DNA of 64,000 bases from assembly GCA_965603825.1 (NCBI GenBank), contig CBFDEM010000021.1:186001-250000 (forward strand), given 5' to 3'. The position numbers were made by a program, and so were the translations under genes. Source of the DNA: Blepharisma stoltei ATCC 30299. Its lineage: Eukaryota; Protista; Ciliophora. The notes under the pieces were generated by a model. It ran no database searches and had not been told where the DNA came from. It saw only the letters and a program-made list of their open reading frames with translations. This document shows, piece by piece, positions 34,964 through 47,032 of this stretch (positions are counted from its first letter, which is position 1; every line of letters starts with the position of its first letter).

Positions 34964-36025
34964 ATGGAACACACTGCTGTTTTTCGAATTTTGGCAAATG
35001 CAAATCTGGTAAAACAGTATCTAAAATTGTTTCAGCAGAATGGGGTTGATGATGAAACCATAACTGAGCTGAATGAAAATCATCTTGAAGAAATGGGAAT
35101 TTTCAATAAAGCGCATAGAGATCTTATCCTACAATGTAGAGATAATCTCTCAAATGAAGAATTCCCTATAAACACTCAATTGGAAGAAGAGAAAAAAGAA
35201 ACTCATGGTCCCCAAAACCCTATCACAATTGCGATGCTGCTTAAATCAAGCAATGTGAGCACCAGATCAAAAGCTCTGTCTAATGATAATTTTCTTAGAA
35301 AACTCATAATGGCTGAGTTGTCTGATAAAAATATCGACAGCATACAATGTCTCGACAACTGTCCCCGATTGCAAGTTTTATATTTGAACAGCAATAAAAT
35401 AAACGCAATTGAAAATATTGAAATGCTATCAAGCTTAAGAATTTTGTCATTAGAAAATAATTTGATCTCACGATTATCAGGTCTCTCAAATCTTAGCCAT
35501 TTAGAGAAGCTTCATTTGGATAGAAATTGCATTCAAAAAATTGAAGGCTTAGAAAATTTAAATGAATTAACAGAACTTCATTGTAATCGACAGAACATTA
35601 GAGTTCCTTTAGAATTTGACGAAAATTCAATAGTCGGGATTTCTCCTAATTTGAGAATTTTGTCGCTGTGTGGAAATAAAATAGAAGATATTTCTTTACT
35701 GTGATACCTTGATAAAGCTGAAGAAATAGACCTTTCTGAAAACCAAATTCAGATGGGAGAAGATTTTATTAAAGCTTTAAGCTGCATGAATTATTTAAAA
35801 ATTTTGAATTTGTCTGGGAATCCGATTGTTAGGAGGCCAAAGTATAGAGATGAAGTAATTTTGTCGAATTACTCAATACAAGAGTTGGATGGAAAGACAA
35901 TTCTTGGTAATGAAAGAGAGTATTTGTTGAGGCTTCATGGAAAAGGAAGAGCACCAGTGAAGAAAGAGACTAAAAAAGGGATTGATTTAGCTGTGGTTGG
36001 GAATCGATTCAATAAAAATAAATAA
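34964..36025 (+). CDS. PPP1R42: SAM domain + LRR protein, PPP1R42-like, 353 aa
   Basis: N-terminal SAM (LNENHLEEMGI..KAHR.LIL); LRRs; TGA 35702-35704=Trp; GNPIVRRPKYRD...ELDGK.I...ERE.L. Confidence 0.75.
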
Positions 36026-36478
36026 AAATCGTAATATTTATTGTTTCAGACCAGATTATATATTTTTTCCTTTATTAGAGATTAATATACTTCGTAATAG
36101 TTTTAAGAAAATTAAAATTCTATGGAAAGATATTAGCACTTTCTAAGATATTTGCAAAATATGAATAAAATAGTCACTGATAATTGAGAAAAATAAAAGA
36201 TATGGTGCCATATTAATAATAATTATTTCATTTATTAAGAAAATATAATGATGCCAAGACATTTTACTACTTTCATCAATTTTGAGGTAAAATTATAGTA
36301 CAGTCGGAATCTATACTGATAATGAACCAAATAATATTTTTTTACTATTAAATTTTTTATATTAAAATATTTTTATTTCAATTATTTTCCCTCAATTTTG
36401 TATTTCTCATTATTTATATTAACCTAAAATGACAATTTATATTTTGATAAACGCATAATTTAATTATACTTAAGTAAA

Positions 36479-38074
36479 ATGGAAACTCGATCTCAAAGAA
36501 ATACACTTCACGCATGGCCTCCTCCGAACAGATCAACCCTTCTTTCGCCAACCAGAGTGATCCCAGACATGCCAAGAGGATCAGTTCGAAATTTAATCGA
36601 AGTTTACGAAAAAAGGATCCGTGACAGTTCCCCTCAAGAATCTATAATTCCAAGAAGGCATACAGTTGACGCTCCTATACGAAGATTTCAGCAGCAATTA
36701 AATGACGAGAACTATAGTCCTGAAGAAAATTTTGAGCCTATAGAAGAAGAATATAAACATAATGAAGAAGTAGAGAAGAAATTAATAGAAAGTGAATATG
36801 AAATAGAAGAACAAGGGAAGATAAAGGAGACTTTTGAAGAAGTTAAAATGATAGCTGCTATTCAAGTAGAAAAACTTCCTGAAAAAGAGCTTTTAAATGA
36901 TAATGATGAACAATTATATGACAGCGGAAGTGATAGCAGCCCGAAAAAAGGTGAAAAAGAAATAATTGAAGAAATAAATATCGTAATTCAGCCCAAGAAA
37001 AGAGAAGAAAAACCTAAGCAGGAGCTGCTATTAGAAACAGTTCATAATATTGAATTTTCTCCTCCCTTTCAATCCCAAATCAAATTTACTCCAAAACAGG
37101 TGTCACCAAGCAGCTTTTTTTCCCCTAAAAGTTATTCTAAGTTTTCATTTAGCAGCCCAAAATCAGATTTAAAAGCAGAAGGCTCAGAAATTTCTGTTTC
37201 AGCAAGACTTAAAAACATCTCAACTGCAATGCAGCTTTCCACAGTTCCAGATGAAATTGCAGATGTGGATGTTTTGTGTGTTAACTGCTATGAATGCATC
37301 CCGACTGACCAAGTTGATTCTCATTCTCTTACCTGTCTAAAGCCTTCAATAGAAGAAAATGATCATTCCCACATTGATATTCGTGTTAAAAAAATCCTTG
37401 GGTCCATTTCTCAACGACTAATTGAAGCTACTGGAGATAAGCTGCTAACTCTTATGCGATTGCAAGAGCTTGCTCATGCAATTCTTGAATGCTCGATTGA
37501 TTCTTGTGCTATTTTAGACAGATTGGATTCAATTGTGGCTTCATCAGCTACAATGAGTGATGGAATCCCATGCCTTATTTTTGCTAAAAGATTGATTACA
37601 TTAATAGAGGCAAAAGGACCTTTTTCGCCTCCTAAAGATGATCTTACTGGAGATCAACTTTTAAAAGCTTATGAAGAAGAAGCTGAGCAACAACGAAGAG
37701 AACTTGAGAGGTGAAAATTAAGGTCAGAACTACTATTGCAGCTTGCTGGAAACTCTGGAGGAAAAGAAATTGACACTGTTACCAGCGACTTAGGCTCTGA
37801 TCTTGAACGAAATAGCCAAATTTCTTTTGTTACTGGAGTTTCTGAATATAATACAGATATCGGGAATATAGAAGACGCTGAACAAGTGATCCAAGAAATA
37901 TCAGAAGAAGAGCTTGAAAAATACTTCTACTCCATCTGCATTAAGAAAAAACTCGAACTTCCTAGAAATCACCCAGCCCACGGAAAGCCGATTTCCAATT
38001 TATATTCTCAATGTAAAACTCAACAAATCCCTATATCTCAATGGGAGGAATTCGTTAATAATGCTTATAACTAA
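36479..38074 (+). CDS. Hypothetical protein with C2HC zinc knuckle, 531 aa
   Basis: TGA 37712-37714=Trp joins ORFs; LCVNCYECIPTDQVDSHSLTC. Confidence 0.78.
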
Positions 38075-38089
38075 TTATAATATAAAAAT

Positions 38090-38753
38090 ATGTTTTGTCC
38101 TTTTTATTTCAAAATTTCTCTGTTCGATAAAGTGGCTAGGTTTATCTTGAATATAGATGAGCCTCAAGGCACTGAGCTTCGAGAAACCAAAGGACCCCCA
38201 AGATTTACAGTAAAAATCGATGAAAACTTATCAAGCTCTAATGTGAAAATTGATGAGTAAAATTTTATATAGACAACGCATTGGACAACATAGGATGACG
38301 TTTTTAATTTCAGGGAATGGGAAAGCTTTAGCAAATTCTCAGCTAATTCAGGACAAGGCATATTTTGAAGTAAAAGTGATTAAACCTGGAAATATTGGAA
38401 TTGGTGTCTCGAAAAACACAAAAAACCATCTAAATGAAGGGGTAGGCCAAGACCAAGAATCGTGGGGAGTACTTTTTACAAGCAGAGACGGGCCAAGTAT
38501 ATATAAAGTTGCCCAAGGCACTGTGATTGGATGCTTGTTTGATCAAAGTGATGTCCCAGCAATGATAAGCTTCACTAAAGATGATAGGCCAATTGATGGG
38601 GCGAAGGTGTCAGGGATGAAAGGATCTGTCGTGCCTGCAATAAGTGTTAGTGGAGGTGCTGAAATTGAAGTAATTTTTGATTCTCAACTATTAGAATACA
38701 ACCCCCCTTCAGGGTTTAGTCCTATCATTTTCTCACAGAATTTCATGTTTTAG
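38090..38753 (+). CDS. SPRYD7: SPRY domain protein (SPRYD7-like), one 16-nt intron
   Basis: ISGNGKALANSQLIQDKAYFEVKV, VIGCLFDQ, PAISVS; intron 38257-38272 links the upstream exon; start codon less certain. Confidence 0.78.
38257..38272 (+). other. 16-nt intron GTAAAATTTTATATAG
   Basis: Removal corrects the frame. Confidence 0.8.
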
Positions 38754-39211
38754 AGAGGAATTAAAATTACATTTAATTATATTTGGATCTTATAAATATT
38801 AAAATTATCATCCAGTATATGGAATTACTAACTTTTAATTTATTGTGTTTAAATTTCATATCTTTTATGTTTTTCCTATAAAATAAGGCTTTCAATTATA
38901 TATAAAACTCTTTTAAGCACATAGACTCAAAAATTCTTCTATTTCCCTTATTTCTTCTCTTTTCACATTTTCTTTAATTTAATTTTCCCTTCTCCCACTC
39001 TCTAAAAGTTCTAATTTTCCTAACTTCTTCAATCTCCTTTCCAATTCTTTCTGTTTTACAGCCAGCAACCCAGCATTTCATATTTTTTGTTAACAAAATG
39101 GATTCGACTTATAACAGCAAAGCAAAGCGAATTTATTATAAAAATCTTTAAGACTAGCAATAAATATCTAAACCATGATTAAACATGCATTTATAGCCTC
39201 ATATAAAAGAA

Positions 39212-39559
39212 ATGTCGGAAGGTCCGGAAGGGAATGGAGCCAATGGAAAGAAAATTTTTATTAGGAATTGTCAAAACTGTCACAGTGTTGCAGCAGGAGG
39301 AAAGCATGCAATAGGCCCTAACCTACAAAGTGTGTGGGGAAGAAAGATTGCTACTATAAAAGGATTCAAATTCTCAGCTGCCTTAGGAGGTCATAAAGGC
39401 GAAAACTGGGGTGCTGAAAACTTAAATCAATGGCTTGAAAATCCAGGTGGCTTCGCTGCTGGAAACTCTATGGCTTTTGCTGGAGTTAAAAGCGAAGCTG
39501 AAAGAAAAGATCTTATTAGGTTCTTATATGAATCACATCCAAAGAATAAGGCTAAATAA
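39212..39559 (+). CDS. Cytochrome c (divergent)
   Basis: CQNCH heme motif, GPNL..VWGR, distal Met in NSMAFAG. Confidence 0.92.
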   Translation: MSEGPEGNGANGKKIFIRNCQNCHSVAAGGKHAIGPNLQSVWGRKIATIKGFKFSAALGGHKGENWGAENLNQWLENPGGFAAGNSMAFAGVKSEAERKDLIRFLYESHPKNKAK

Positions 39560-39989
39560 ACAGCTACTTAGCTTCATAATTTATTTTTGATTGCGAAATG
39601 AGTCGCGATTGTTCATAAACTTCACAAGTATAATATATTTATTTTGTATAGGGATCTCAGCAAGCTCAATTAATAAAATATTGAAAATCAAATTACTCTT
39701 AAAGGCGATATCATTAGCTATTTTTAAAGGAAACATCTATATTAAGCATCATTATTTCACATAAAATATTTTATATAAATACTTATTAATCAAATTTTTT
39801 TAATTATCTCTTAAGTGCAAACCTTTCTATGATGAAAAGTGTAGGGAATCCTAATGCATTCCATAGTAATAATTGGCTGCTAATATTCATCGACTTTCAA
39901 TTGGGCATAGCAATAATGGGTCTCCAATTTTGTTGTCGTAATGATTTCTTCTACTCTATTTTTTTTCCTCAAAAAAATCATCAAGTGCA

Positions 39990-41024
39990 TTATAGTGTTT
40001 CCATTCTAAACTTTGTTTTGATCTGGCTTCTTAAACTTTTCACACCTAGTTCATATTCTGTAACATTTATCTTCATCATAGCTTCCTTTAGAGACAAATA
40101 AATAAATCTTGATGGCTTGAGAAAGTCGCAAGGAATTTGCTTTTGCATACCACATGCAGCTGCAATAAATGCACACTCCTTACACGTATCATCATCTGCT
40201 TTTTGAAGTGGCCTTTCTTTAAGCGATACAATTTCTCCAACATGAGCACTTATCCAATTTTCATCAAAAAAATTCGTTCCTTCTTCACATGGTGTTGCAG
40301 CTCCAGCTTTAATATTATTTGTTCCTTTGCAAAAGTAATTTATCATATAAGCAATGAGTCAGCCAGGTAGATAGATTTCAATAAAACCTTCGATGTCAAA
40401 AAGAGAATTTGTTTCTGGAATATTTTGGATCTTTCATGTTTTCTTTGCAGTTTTTATTGCTGTAAAATTGCTATTTAAAAAGATAGTTACATTCACAAAA
40501 TCTCTTCATTTATTGTTGCTGAAAGCATAGATAGTGCGCAAATCTTTTATTGTTAAGCATCCTTCAACAAATGATTCATCTTCTTTCTTTGAGAATACAA
40601 GAAATGAGGGCTTTTTCTTTGTTCCTTGATGTTTCTTTTTTGAATAGCAGTTTATGAAAACAACTGTATAATAGCCAAGTCTGTCTGAATTATTCCCACT
40701 TTGCAAGACTCTCCATGCTTCAGCTTCAGCTTGACTTTTTCCTTTGTTTTCGAAGAAAAAATTGTCTTCAAATATAAATCTAAACCTTCAAGTTGCATCT
40801 TTCAAAGAGAAAATGTTGCTATAGCATCTATATTTGCTCCTTTGCTTTGAAGTTTTAGCTTCTTCAAATGCTTTGATTTCACGCTTTGATTCGCATAGAT
40901 AAACTTCGAATTTTGGCCAATTATTAACAAAAAGAGTGCTTGTTTCCATATCACCGTAAGTGGAAGTTGTATTGAAAAGCGAATAATATTGTCTTTCATA
41001 TGTAAAACTGGCACAATCTGACAT
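39990..41024 (-). CDS. Hypothetical protein, 344 aa
   Basis: Three fragments join in one frame with 4 TGA=Trp. Confidence 0.72.
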
Positions 41025-41039
41025 TAAATACTTATCAAA

Positions 41040-42428
41040 ATGGAATCAAGTAATGCTGATCCAACATTAGACGAAGAACAAAAGGAAAATCAGCCTATAC
41101 GAACTATCCCTACTAAAACTGACACAGATGTTCGTGTAGCTGTAATAGGAAACGTTGATTCAGGCAAATCCACCTTAGTTGGTGTCCTCACCAGGTGTAT
41201 CCAAGATGACGGCCGAGGCTCTGCTCGAAGCTATGTATTTAACTACTCCCACGAGCAAGCCAATGGCCGCACCTCAAGCATCTCTCACGAAATCATGGGT
41301 TTCACCCCAGACGGCTCACAAGTAGCTCCAGAAAGACTTACAGACTCAAAAAACCGCACATGGAGTTACATCGTCGACCATTCCTCACACATTGTTACTT
41401 TTCTTGACCTTTGTGGCCATGAAAAGTACTTAAAAACCACAATTTTCGGCTTAGTTGGGCTTATTCCTGACTACGCAATGATCGTAGTTGGCGCTAACAT
41501 GGGTTTAACCCGCATGACAAAAGAGCACATAGGCCTTGCTCTAGCACTAAAAATCCCAATGTTTTTTGTGTTCACTAAAATCGACATTGCCCCAGAAAAC
41601 GTCTACAAAGAAAACATTAACCTACTTCACAAGGTCTTAACTAACCCTGCAGCAGGTAGCAGGCTTCCTCTCTATGTAAAAGACGATACTGACGTGTCTG
41701 ACCTTTGCAATATGATGGAAGCCCGAGCATGCCCAATTTTCACTATTTCTAATGTGACTGGAGAAGGGGTTAATAAGCTGAGACAATTTATATATTCGCT
41801 ACAGTCTAGGACACTTTTAAACGGAGTATTTGGGAGCAGAGATGAGCCTTTTGAGTTTTTAATTGATGGAGTTTATATGGTAACTGGAGTCGGCTGTGTT
41901 CTTTCAGGCATTGTGAAATCTGGAAGTGCTGAACTAAATCAACAAATAATGTTGGGGCCTGATAAAACAGGAACTTATAAGCATTTAGTTATTAGAGGAA
42001 TACATATGAATAGAGTTCCTGTTGAGAATGCAATTGCAGGACAGTCTGTGTGCTTTAATGTTAGACCTGTAAATAAGAAAGAACAGCTAAAGAGAAGCCA
42101 TATAAAGAAAGGTATGGTGCTTATTGATAAGAGCCTCTGCATGCAAACTGCTTGGGAGTTCGATGCAGAAGTCGTGATCCTGCACCATGCGACTACAATT
42201 AGGCCTAATTATCAGCCAGTTATTCACTGTGGAGTCGTCAGACAGGCTGCTAAGGTTGTTAGCATGACAAAAGAGCTATTAAGAACTGGCGATAAAGGAC
42301 TTATCCATTTTAGGTTCATGTTTAACCCAGAACTAATCCATCCCAAAATGACTCTTTTGTTCAGAGAAGGTCGAACAAAAGGCTTAGGCATGATTTCCCA
42401 AGTCTACCCAATAGAAAACAGCTTATAA
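41040..42428 (+). CDS. GTPBP2: GTP-binding protein 1/2 (EF-Tu-like translational GTPase)
   Basis: GNVDSGKSTL, GRTSS, DLCGHEKYLKTT, TKID, FREGRTKGLG. Confidence 0.92.
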   Translation: MESSNADPTLDEEQKENQPIRTIPTKTDTDVRVAVIGNVDSGKSTLVGVLTRCIQDDGRGSARSYVFNYSHEQANGRTSSISHEIMGFTPDGSQVAPERLTDSKNRTWSYIVDHSSHIVTFLDLCGHEKYLKTTIFGLVGLIPDYAMIVVGANMGLTRMTKEHIGLALALKIPMFFVFTKIDIAPENVYKENINLLHKVLTNPAAGSRLPLYVKDDTDVSDLCNMMEARACPIFTISNVTGEGVNKLRQFIYSLQSRTLLNGVFGSRDEPFEFLIDGVYMVTGVGCVLSGIVKSGSAELNQQIMLGPDKTGTYKHLVIRGIHMNRVPVENAIAGQSVCFNVRPVNKKEQLKRSHIKKGMVLIDKSLCMQTAWEFDAEVVILHHATTIRPNYQPVIHCGVVRQAAKVVSMTKELLRTGDKGLIHFRFMFNPELIHPKMTLLFREGRTKGLGMISQVYPIENSL

Positions 42429-42468
42429 ATAATAACAAAAATAGATAAAATATCAATTTCAGCTAAAA

Positions 42469-43725
42469 ATGGTTGAAGGGAGAAAGTTAGAGCCGCAAGA
42501 CTTTCAGTTTGTCGAAATTTTAGGTAGAGGAGCTTATGGTCGGGTCGCTAAAGCAGTTAGAAAAGAAACTGGAGAAACTTTTGCAGTCAAAATCATAGAG
42601 AAAGCCCACTTAAAGAAAGAAAATAAAGCACGACAAGCTTTGATCGAAAAAAATATTTTGGCAAAACTAAGAGACCACCCAGGCACAGTGCGACTTCACC
42701 ATACTTTTCAAGACACAGAAAACCTCTACTTTGTGCTCGAGTTCTGTCCCAATGGTGATTTACTTGATCTTATCAATAATTTTGAAGGACATTTTCCTAT
42801 AGAGCTTGCAAGATTCTACACAGCTGAACTGATAGAAATATTGGATGTATTGCACCAACATGGCGTAATCCATCGAGATCTGAAGCCGGAAAACCTTTTA
42901 TTGTCCCAAGATTTCCACTTAAAACTAAGTGACTTTGGGACTGGCAAAGAAATAAATCCAGACCCAGATGGAGCTGAGCTTAGTAGGGAAAGACGAGGCA
43001 CTTTTGTAGGAACTGCTGAGTATGTATCTCCTGAAGTCCTGCTAGACCAAGAAGTCGGCAAAGAAGCTGACCTCTGGGCTTTAGGCTGCATAATTTACCA
43101 ATTTGTAAATGGGAGGCCTCCATTCCAAGCTATGAATGACTATTTGATATTTGAGCTGATAAAGGAAAGCAGAGTAAACTATCCAGACACAATGCCATAT
43201 GATGCTGTAGATCTAGTCATCAAACTGCTTGTTTTAAACCCAAAAGGAAGACTTGGTGCAGGAAATCCTGGTGAGGCTAATGATATGAGTGCTTTGAAAA
43301 ATCATCCTTTTATTCAAGGAATTGATATGGAAAGGATCTTTGTGACCCCAATTCCATATGATAATATGCCTGATAAATCAAAAGACTCCTCAGATGATGA
43401 ATTAGAGGTCCAGCTGCTAAACAGAGAGAATAGAGACCGTGGAGTCGTCATGACGGGGCTAGTCAAGAAAAAAGCAGGGTGGGTTTATAAGAAGCGGCAG
43501 CTAACTATTACAAATCAGCCAAGAATTTTATATAGCGACATTGACAATAACTATAAAGGAGACGTGCCACTTTCAGCTGAAGTTCGAGCAGAGCTTAGAG
43601 GAGGCAAAGATTTCGCAATTGTGACACCGAGTAGGACATATTTTTTTAAAGAAATTATTGGAGATCCTCAGAAGTGGGTGGATGGGATAAATAAATTTAT
43701 TCGAGAGCATTTTGGAAGACATTAA
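42469..43725 (+). CDS. PDPK1: 3-phosphoinositide-dependent kinase 1-like (kinase + PH)
   Basis: HRDLKPEN, DFGTGK, TFVGTAEYVSPE, C-terminal PH (KKRQL...TPSRTYF). Confidence 0.92.
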   Translation: MVEGRKLEPQDFQFVEILGRGAYGRVAKAVRKETGETFAVKIIEKAHLKKENKARQALIEKNILAKLRDHPGTVRLHHTFQDTENLYFVLEFCPNGDLLDLINNFEGHFPIELARFYTAELIEILDVLHQHGVIHRDLKPENLLLSQDFHLKLSDFGTGKEINPDPDGAELSRERRGTFVGTAEYVSPEVLLDQEVGKEADLWALGCIIYQFVNGRPPFQAMNDYLIFELIKESRVNYPDTMPYDAVDLVIKLLVLNPKGRLGAGNPGEANDMSALKNHPFIQGIDMERIFVTPIPYDNMPDKSKDSSDDELEVQLLNRENRDRGVVMTGLVKKKAGWVYKKRQLTITNQPRILYSDIDNNYKGDVPLSAEVRAELRGGKDFAIVTPSRTYFFKEIIGDPQKWVDGINKFIREHFGRH

Positions 43726-43826
43726 TTAAACTAGTTATAGCTTACACACATATAGCCTTCATCTTCTTAATCAATATTACTTTATTTTTTACTGAAAAGC
43801 TTTCCCTTGCATCTATTATTACTGTA

Positions 43827-44895
43827 TTATCCTTTAATTAGCCCTATAACATTATATCTGTTCACTAAAAAACTGATAATAATGACCAAAAATACAAAAA
43901 TAGTTGACATCATAATTTGTATCGCCCTCTGTTTTTTCTGGTATCTTCTTGCCACCTTCACTTCTCCTTTCAGTGCTGAACTAAAATAAATCTTACTCCT
44001 CAGGAAATTTTCTTTCACTCGCCCTCACAAGATTTTCAGGAGGAACTCTCAGCATCATATTGAAAGCATCAGCACAAATCGCTTCCATGTCCAATTTGTC
44101 TACCAAATCTGAAAAATGCTGATGCACGTCAGGCATTGACTCAAAGGACAGAATTTCTTTTTTCTGTGTCAAGATTATTGCTGATGTTATATAAACTGGC
44201 GCCAATGGGTGAGTTCCTAGCATAAAGTCAAAAACACGACAAAGTGTATTAAAATTTACAATATTGTGAGATAGCCAGGTAAGAATCCAGGATAAGCTGA
44301 ACATAGGGGAATTTAAATCGGTGTCGAAGGTATAGACTGACTCCAGCTTTTTGGCTAGTTTTGAGTTTTGTATTCTTAATAGCTTGTAAATCAGCATCAT
44401 TTCAGGGTATACTGAGTCTTCAAAACTTTTTCTCATTGAGTCTTTTATGTGAAGTAAGGCACATTGTGAACTCATTTTGAAGCCAAGGTCCTCTCCACCA
44501 ATTAGTAAAAAAGTACTGCAAATTGAGTGGAAGCCTTGAAAATAATGGAGGTCAGGATTGTGTTTTATAACTCCATTCACAATATTTGAAAGCTCAATTC
44601 GAAGATTTTTTCGGATTTCTTCGTTATAAGATTCACATATATCGAAATTATATAAAGATCGGTCTATATCCCTTTGAATTATGTCAGAATAAGAGTTAGA
44701 TAAATCTATGTCTTTTCAATTTGCCATAAAATCAGATATATTATCAATTTCTAAAAGCAGTGGCCAAATTTGTTTCCTGTAATCGTTGCTTATAAGACCA
44801 TTCGGAGCTACGCATAACTCTTTGAGCTTCAATAAATCCCTCTCTTTTCAAGCTTTCTCAATCTCGCAAAGCTTTTTCTTGATAATTTTATCCAT
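43827..44895 (-). CDS. TBC1D20: TBC Rab-GAP, TBC1D20/Gyp8-like, with C-terminal TM anchor; one 16-nt intron
   Basis: RKQIWPLLL, QRDIDRS, HYFQGFH, SWILTWLSH; 2 TGA=Trp; intron 43981-43996 adds the TM exon. Confidence 0.88.
43981..43996 (-). other. 16-nt intron GTAAGATTTATTTTAG
   Basis: Removal joins the tail-anchor exon in frame. Confidence 0.85.
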
Positions 44896-45041
44896 TTTAT
44901 ATAAGCTCGAATTGGAACTAAACAAAAAAATGTTTGAAAGGAGAAATAATCATTATTTGTGAAACATAAAAAATTAATTGATTTTGGAATAATTTTTGTA
45001 TTTTCAAGAATCGCACAATTTTTATTGCAGTATATTATTAA

Positions 45042-45686
45042 ATGTCACATGTACTCAAAGATTTCACGAACTTGCCATTGCAAAAACCATCAGGGCCTCG
45101 GGTATCTGAAGCAACTTATAGAAAGCCGATATTTAAAGCAAAGCGCTTGATTGAGTCAGGTGTAACAACAAGAGCCGTTTCCTTATCCTCAGCGCGGGAT
45201 CTTGAAGAATGCTTAGAAAATAGCGTTAAAAATTCGCCTTTTCAGAACGATCCTTTTGCCTCTGGAAGTGAAAGCCCTCACATTTGTAGCACAGCTCAAT
45301 CTTCACAATCAAGTATTATTGAATCTTCCGTCAAAAAAAATTTGGATTTTGACGAAAAAGGGCTTCAAGAATGTTTTTCGCTATTAATGACTCCAGTGTT
45401 TGGCAAAAGGTCACGAGAAGAGACTATATCAAGAGTAGGTAAAAAATCTAAAGAAGAGGTAAAAACAATTGATAACATGCAGATCGAGCTATTAGACCCT
45501 GATTTAATGGCTTCTGAGTATTTTAGGTGTTACAAAGAAAGCGACGTTATTTCTGACTTAGACGTCAGAGACAATGTAATAAAAAACGAGTGCGACGATG
45601 ATTGTCCAACTGACGACGCACAGATAGAGGTATGTATATCTTATTTGGCAGCCCAGATTGAGCAGGCTATCTTAAGTGAGGTGTAA
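45042..45686 (+). CDS. Hypothetical protein, 214 aa
   Basis: Uninterrupted ORF between genes. Confidence 0.7.
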   Translation: MSHVLKDFTNLPLQKPSGPRVSEATYRKPIFKAKRLIESGVTTRAVSLSSARDLEECLENSVKNSPFQNDPFASGSESPHICSTAQSSQSSIIESSVKKNLDFDEKGLQECFSLLMTPVFGKRSREETISRVGKKSKEEVKTIDNMQIELLDPDLMASEYFRCYKESDVISDLDVRDNVIKNECDDDCPTDDAQIEVCISYLAAQIEQAILSEV

Positions 45687-45737
45687 CGACCATCACTTAG
45701 AATTAAAATTAATTTTCTGCTTGAATTTAATAATTGT

Positions 45738-46931
45738 TTAAAGTGGATACTCGTTAAGAAAAGATTTGAACTCAAACGCGTCGAATTTTTCACCTTCATG
45801 CATCATCTTCATTTTTCTATTTTTGTATTCAATTTGGTGCTGCCTTGCCAGCTCGTCTCCACAGCCCCACAGCTCAATTTCGATGATTTCAATATTTTCA
45901 TCAGAATTTTCTTTTAAAAGCAGCCCTGGAGTGTATCCAGCATTATTGTGGTCTGTTATTCTAGAATCAGAATCAATGTCTTCAGAAATCCATAGCTTGG
46001 CTTCTGATGAAGTTCCTCCTCCGAATCCAAGTCCTCTGGGGCTTGATTTTAAATTCAAAAATACGATGTTTCCTTTTTCTGCTTGCCTGAGCACTGTATA
46101 CCCATTTGCGAAGGAAAATAGAAAACTGTTGATTTCATAAGTATTTTTCCTTTTTTTGTATTTTCTCTCTACAAATCCTCCAATTACAGTTTCATCTTGC
46201 AGTTTAATGATAATCATTAATGAGCTTGGGTAGCCTTCTAGTCCGTCTTCAATTCCTTTGAAGCTTAAAATAGAGTCGCGAGACAAATAAAGACAATGAA
46301 ATTCAAGTAAATGGGTAAAAACTGAACTGGATAAGTATATAAAAGGTAAAGCTTTGCTTAAAAGAGTATTTAGTGCAGGGATGTGAGGAACATAATACTT
46401 CTTCGCCCCAAGGAGTCTTTGTTTTAAAAAATCAGGAAAAACGTTTTCTATTACTGGAAATTGTTTATGAAAATACTCCTGGATTTCAGCTATATTGTCA
46501 CTTTGTGGTCGAATTTTCTCTATAAGTGTTGGGTCGCCTTTAAAAATTGCTAATAATAATTTTGTGAGGGTTGCTGAGTTATGCTTTGTATCAGTTTTCA
46601 GTTGAATTACATCTGCGAGTCTTTCTATTGAACCTTTTGGTGTTGTAGTATCTACGCTTTCCCTTCCTACAGAAGTTTGTCCATATACAAGTATTTCAAT
46701 TGCTCTGACGAATCCTACGAAGTCTTCAGGCCATTTCATGTATTTTTTAAAGAACTTATCTAGGTAATTTTCAAAGGTTCGATGGTTTTTTACATAGAAG
46801 ACAGTATGAAATCTATCTCTATCAGTTGCGTTATATAAATAAAAGTGATCGAAGTGGTCTCTAAGTCTTGCAAGCTGAGATTCAGAGAAGAGGCTATTTT
46901 CTGGATAATTTCGAGAGCATTGGCATCCCAT
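45738..46931 (-). CDS. TLDc domain protein with N-myristoylation/palmitoylation motif
   Basis: MGCQCS; VIGGF, SFLFS, GLGFGG, IELWGCG. Confidence 0.85.
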   Translation of the reverse strand: MGCQCSRNYPENSLFSESQLARLRDHFDHFYLYNATDRDRFHTVFYVKNHRTFENYLDKFFKKYMKWPEDFVGFVRAIEILVYGQTSVGRESVDTTTPKGSIERLADVIQLKTDTKHNSATLTKLLLAIFKGDPTLIEKIRPQSDNIAEIQEYFHKQFPVIENVFPDFLKQRLLGAKKYYVPHIPALNTLLSKALPFIYLSSSVFTHLLEFHCLYLSRDSILSFKGIEDGLEGYPSSLMIIIKLQDETVIGGFVERKYKKRKNTYEINSFLFSFANGYTVLRQAEKGNIVFLNLKSSPRGLGFGGGTSSEAKLWISEDIDSDSRITDHNNAGYTPGLLLKENSDENIEIIEIELWGCGDELARQHQIEYKNRKMKMMHEGEKFDAFEFKSFLNEYPL

Positions 46932-47032
46932 TTTGATTTATGATATTGCTAGTAAATTTTTACTTGTAAATGGAATATTTAGTATGATTTATTATTTTCC
47001 TCTATAAATAAATGGTAATTTAGCATATTTAA

